NCBI RefSeq assembly: GCF_009914755.1
Contig: NC_060928.1
Direction: 5' to 3' (one strand)
Length of the DNA: 64,000 nt
From: the human T2T-CHM13v2.0 reference genome, Homo sapiens
Below are positions 58,470 to 64,000 of the stretch, in pieces. The notes under the pieces were generated by a model, which had not been told where the DNA came from, made no database searches, and was given only the letters and a program-made list of their open reading frames with translations. The translations under genes and the position numbers were made by a program. Every line of letters starts with the position of its first letter. Position 1 is the stretch's first letter.

Positions 58470-59389
58470 TGAGGGCCAGTGAAAACGTACAGGGGGAGTA
58501 AGAACTGGTCAAGTACCTGTTCTCATCCAGCCAAAGGCTTCACCTGCTCATTGGCAGAGACAGATTGGAGTTAAGCCAAATGCATGATAACATTTGCTGC
58601 CTTTTTGAGATATAGGTATATGCTTAAGTAAAATGTATGATAAACTATATAAAATGCACTGGGTTCATTTGTTATTGTGTTTCTTGTATCAGTTTTATAA
58701 AGTTTCAAGTTAAGAAAGTTAAGAGTTGCCACCCTCTCCCCACAATGCCCCAGGGTATTATTCTATACACACACTTGAAAGGAGACTCCAAACCCACTGC
58801 TGGGCATCAGGACCGTGTTGTTCAAAGTAGGCAGACCATGTACATAGCTTCCTTTATAGCATAGCCTTGGTCCACAGGAGACTCATGCTTGATTGCGTGG
58901 GCCCCTTGTTACAGAAACAGGTGAGAGCTGTAATGCGACTGATAACTATATAAGCTGCTTATAGAGCTCGTCCTCTAGGGTTTCATCATCAACATATTTT
59001 ACATTAACCTGATATTTTAATAATCACTTCTTTAAAAAATGTATTCTGCATTCCTCATTGGTTTCTTTTCCAAGTATCTCAAAATGAGACAGTTTGGCTT
59101 TAAATGATTTTTCAACATATGCTTGTGGGGATGGCTCTTTCTACACTGTCTGTGGTTGCCCCATTTTAGAATCCCTTCCAGCAACTGTTCAAATATCATT
59201 CTCAGTGAATCCATCTTGTGCTCACAAAGCCCTGGGAAATTGTGAAGGCACTGGTTACATAAAATTAGAAAGTCACAGACACACAAGAAATGTCAGACAT
59301 CATCTCATCCAACATTTTCTCTATAGCCTATAATTCAATTTCCCTACAAATTCCTTGCCATGTTGTCACCCAGTTCATGCTTCAGTACC

Positions 59390-59800
59390 CTCAATGACAG
59401 GGAGCTCACTGTGTCCCAAGGCAACATTGGCCATTTTTAGATAGCACTAATTTGAATGTTTGTCCTTAGGTTGAACTTAAATTTGCCATCCTATTGCCTG
59501 CCTATTGGTCTAGTTATGCCCAGTAGGGCAACCCCACATCAATTTCCCTGTGACAATCCTATTTGAGGATCACTCTCATTGCTCTCTCTTAGCTCTTTCC
59601 CTTTCCAGGTCAACTATTCCTAGTTTTTTCCACATTAAATATCTTTTCAAGTCATCTAAAAAATGTAATAAGTTCTGGACTCGCTGTAATAAAGTTGTGT
59701 GTGTGCACATGCAGAATAGAACCCAGAAGATGAGTTCTGGACTGACCAGTATAGAGTGCAGTAGTTTTGTTGATGAACCAGCTGCACTGAGGACCTCATT
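59390..59800. mobile_element. Possible ancient L3/CR1 LINE fragment
   Basis: GACAGGGAGCTCACT..CCCAAGGCA and CTGACCAGTATAGAGT resemble L3 consensus phrases; by-eye recognition only. Confidence 0.45.
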
Positions 59801-62800
59801 AATGGCGTTTCAATTTTGTCATTCATACAAGCATAGGGGATTGTCTCTATGCTCTATGAATCCAAAAACTCAATCGATTCCTGTCTTTACCTATGGATTA
59901 ATTGAAAGGTGACAAGGAGGTATTCAGGACTGCACTATAGGACAAATTATAGCAGAGCAGCCCACCCCTGAGACCACATGATGCCATACAGACCTTACAT
60001 GACAATACAGACAACTGGAAGCATCAGAACCGAATGATATGCTAGAAAAAAATCAAAGTCATCAGTCATTCCTGTTGATATGTCAGTGTATTTCACAACA
60101 AGGTTTGGAAACAGAATCCTTCCCCTTCCCTTCCTTCCAGTGAACAAAAGAACTTCCAGGGAAAAAAAATCCTCCCACTGAGCAACGAGTTGGAGGCTCC
60201 AGAAATATAACTCTAGAATGAATTAATGGTGTACTATAAGTTGATATTCCCTATAAAATGAGTTTGGTCAGAGCAAATCTGGTCTGTATTAATTTGTTTG
60301 CCATTGAAACTTTGGACCCCCAGAAAAGTGCCTGATATATTATTAAAAAGTTTATGAGTATCTCATGCTGAAGAGGTGGTAGCTCCTTCAATGAGCTAAA
60401 AGCAATCAGTCTGGCCAAGGAGAGAGAAAATTAAGGAGGCTTTGAAGAAACATAGTAAATAGGATCTTAAGATTTGATCAGGGTGGAAAAGGAGAATTAG
60501 GGCAGCAATATGGTTTATTTTTCCCAGTAGACTATAGCTCCATGTTCATCCTTATGTTCCCAGAAGCATGTATCTTTAGATGCAAAGACATTAATGATAA
60601 TACAGATGGTGACTTATATGGGGTCATACAGATGTCAGTGACAAGGGCAAGACACAAGGATTTAGTTCTTGAGTCCCTGAATCTGCTGGTGGCTGAGTCA
60701 GTAAAATGACTCAGCATCCTTGCCTCAGACACCATTTCTTTTAGGATATCTAGAAGTTACTCTCATGATTATGTTCTATAAAAATATATATATTTGGGGG
60801 GATATGTGGGTTAGAGGAAGGGTAGTGAAGTTTCAAGATCCCCTAATATTTGCAGTGTGTAGCTGCACATAATGTTCACTCATGAAATTCTAAGTTGAAA
60901 AGCCGTACAGTTTACCAAGTCACACACTTTATCAAGAATGCATAAAATTTGGAGCCCTAGATAAAAATCACTTGGACTTTGAGAATTCAGCTCAAGGAGA
61001 TTAAAAAATATTCTATAATCAAGTCTATGTGCATTAAATTTACCACAAACCATGGTAAGACAATTTATTTAAGTAGGGATTTAATTCCAGATTAAGTGTA
61101 CTGATCTGTTAAAAAAAAAATACAGATCTATCAGCTTTTATTTCACTGGCAATTCTTACTGGCTCCGGGGGACTTGAATGTTTACAGTACCACAAAAGTT
61201 CTACCCTTTTTTGCAGGTATGGTAATGCAAATAGTCCATTATTGGCTTTGTGGCTCTGTCTGAAGGTCTATCTCATTAAAAAAAAAGTTTGAAGAGCCTG
61301 TTGTCAAATGTTTTTGATGAAATGAATTCTCATTTAAATATTGATTCATATAAGGAAAAAAACAATTACACATATGCCGGTATTGATGAAAGCCCCTATT
61401 ATCATTGGCTCTAGAAATGGCTTTGAGTATTTTCAGTTTCTGCATCAAGTCTGGAATTGCCTATGGAAAAAAGGCTTAAGAGGGACATTCAAATTTGAAT
61501 CTTTGGTCCATTATTTCTTTGTTCTGTTATCTTAGCTATGACATCAGACAGTTCCAAAAAGCTGCCTCTTTCATACAGTTATTCCAGTCATGATTGGGAA
61601 ATTGACTTGAGAAATTGACAATGGAGAAAAATAAAATTGTACTTAGTAGCTACATAAATCATCAGCACCATATTTGAGGCTTCTATCTCCATAAGGACTT
61701 TCTTCTTAAAAGGGCCTGGCAAACCCAGGCTGCTGCTGAGTAAGTAAGCTGAGGTTAGAGCTCAACATATGTAAAGCTGGTCAAATATAAAATGGTTGTG
61801 GCCTCTCTGTAATAACTCTTCCCTGAAGTAATGCAGAAAAAAAGCTGAATGTGGGGTACTGTGGGAGAGAACATGACCAAAAAACATGTTGTCTGGGAAT
61901 TTCTTTGTAAGGCAAATGTGATTCACGGAGTAGACATACAAAGGCAACATAGCCAAGGATTGGTTAGAAATTTGAGTCTCAACATTTGAAGGGTATTTAG
62001 TTTAATCCCCTCAGCCTGGTGTGTGTTACAAATATCACATAAATAAAATCCACTCTTCAGAAACGGCATGCGATTGCTTAGCTAGGTTTTTCCAACATTC
62101 CGTGTTTTCCATTTCCTTTTCAACTAGCTTTGCTCCCATTTTTTTTTAAAAGGTTTTTCCTGCTTATAAAGCACGTTGGCTTTGTTTAGTAAGCAAAAGA
62201 ATCTTTTAGGAAGTCCCAGTGTTAGGCAAGATTTTATTCCATAAATTAACTTTCTCAGGGAAGAAACTGTTTTTGCTCTTCTGTTATTAATCTACAAAAG
62301 CAAAATGCCATATGTAGTCAAGATTTTTCCAAATGACATGATGAGTAAGAGTTTTTCTTTTGCTTATTGCGAAGTATAGTTGGCAAACATTATCTCCAGG
62401 ATGTGAGTTGCACCGATTGACCTGCAGAGGGAGTTAACAAGTGTAACATGAAAAAGTACTGGTGGTCACCTAAAAGGCTAGTTTTCAAAGTGAGAAAAAA
62501 AAAAAATCATGCTAAGAATGCAGTTTCTTCATAAAGAAATACAATGGACTCTCCCTTTTCCATGTGTGAAGGTTTTCATAAACATAGCATATTTTCTCTT
62601 CTCATTGATTGGCCGGCTAATGCCACCTGCCTAATGCTGACTTGGTTCTTTTGAGATAAAAGGCAGGAATACATTCCAAGCTCTACCAGGCCGGGAACTG
62701 TACCAACCTAGTTCAGCATGGTACCACACACCTCTTGGCACAAAGAAGTTGCTCAGTCAATAATCACTGAACAAATTCAAGGAGACAAAGAGTAGATATG

Positions 62801-63012
62801 GTATCTTGGGGACAAATGGCACATGAAAGCAGATTTGGTGCTTCTTTGGTAAATGGTTTGATAACCAATCCCTAGGAGATAAAGTTAATGTATAAAATAT
62901 ATTTTATATACACATAGATGTTCATAATTTGACTCCATTTACTTATTTGGCAAATATTTATCAAGTGCCTACTATTGCCAGCCATTGCTTTAAGTGCTGA
63001 GGATACGATACT

Positions 63013-63304
63013 TTTTTTTTTTTTTTTTTTTTTGAGAAAAGTTTCACTCTTTTTGCCCAGGCTGGAGTACAATGGCGCGATCTTGGCTCACTGCAACCTT
63101 CACCTCCCGGGTTCAAGTGATTCTTCTGCCAAGTAGCTGGGATCACAGGCGTGCGCCCCCACCCCTGGCTAATTTTGTATTTTTAGTAGAGATAGGATTT
63201 CACCCTGTTGACCAGGCTGGTCTCGAACTCCTGACCTCAGGTGACCCACCCGCCTCGGCCTCCCAAAATGCTGGGATTACAGGCATGAGCCACTGCGCTT
63301 GGCT
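63013..63304 (-). mobile_element. AluS
   Basis: Full dimer, T-tail, partial TSD TGAGGATA. Confidence 0.96.
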
Positions 63305-63722
63305 GAGGATATAATACTTTACTTTACTGTCTGGCAGGTAATATTAGTTGGTAGTAATTGAAGAGTATTGTAGGATAAAGTGTATATGAGCAGAAATGGA
63401 CACAATTCTTAGTAGAATTGACAGTGAAGAGCTCTCTGACAGTTGAGAGGAGACCTGAATGAACTGTGGGAATGCAGCAAATGGATATTTAGAAGATTCT
63501 TCCAGGCAGAGGAACAGCAAGAATGCCAGGCCTGAGGCAGAAATGCTTGAAGAGCACCAAGAAGGCAATGGGGCACATGGTTAAACATGGGGAGAATACT
63601 AAATATCCTCTTCTGTAAGAAATGAGGTTGGAGAGAGAACAGGCCACAAGACGTATGGCATTGCAGGCCATAGTAACGATCTGCAACTTTAACCTAAGTG
63701 TCTCAGGAGGCCTCAGAGGGCT

Positions 63723-63724
<2 letters not shown>

Positions 63725-63763
<39 letters not shown>
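63725..63763. repeat. (GA)n microsatellite, about 19 units, within probable L2 sequence
   Basis: Uninterrupted GA run. Confidence 0.95.
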
Positions 63764-63769
<6 letters not shown>

Positions 63770-64000
63770 CCTGACTGGAGTGGTTTGGTAAAGAGCTCAT
63801 TCTCTCTGCTGTGCATAGAGTAGGAGAGAGATGATTAAGTGTGGAAGGCAGAAGGCCAGCAAAGAGGCTCCGGCCGTCACTCAGACCAGGTCAAAATGGG
63901 TTGGGGGAGCAAGACGCTGAGGTGAGTCAAAGTTCTTTTTGGTTCAAGTCACTGGGTAAATAGAGGTGCCATTTTTATAGACTAGGAATGGCCTAGGGGA

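Overview
Human (primate) genomic DNA, recognisable from the encoded peptides as the 4q12 locus where two genes converge tail-to-tail. The + strand carries the 3' part of FIP1L1 (CPSF subunit Fip1): a 27-nt alternative microexon at 11801-11827, five further coding exons and the stop at 30667. The - strand carries the last five coding exons of LNX1 (RING/PDZ E3 ligase): end of PDZ2, PDZ3, PDZ4 and the stop at 32125. All exon boundaries were read by hand; they are GT-AG and phase-consistent. The rest is intronic and repeat-rich: about 15 Alu elements or monomers, a near-full-length but disabled L1PA3/4-like element (37585-43724), older L1 fragments, MaLR/ERV solo LTRs, Tigger/MER DNA transposon fossils and a tailless 7SL retropseudogene. 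Most of the supplied ORFs are repeat-derived or chance. I found no convincing new biological system. The best leads are: (1) repeated stop-plus-poly(A)-signal and poison-exon arrangements in FIP1L1 introns, possibly autoregulatory; (2) an inverted, locally templated Tigger1 fragment inside an Alu; (3) a possible L1 3' transduction; (4) an L1 antisense promoter pointing into the last LNX1 exons; (5) an unexplained 79-bp direct repeat. Repeat subfamily calls and repeat edges are by eye and approximate.
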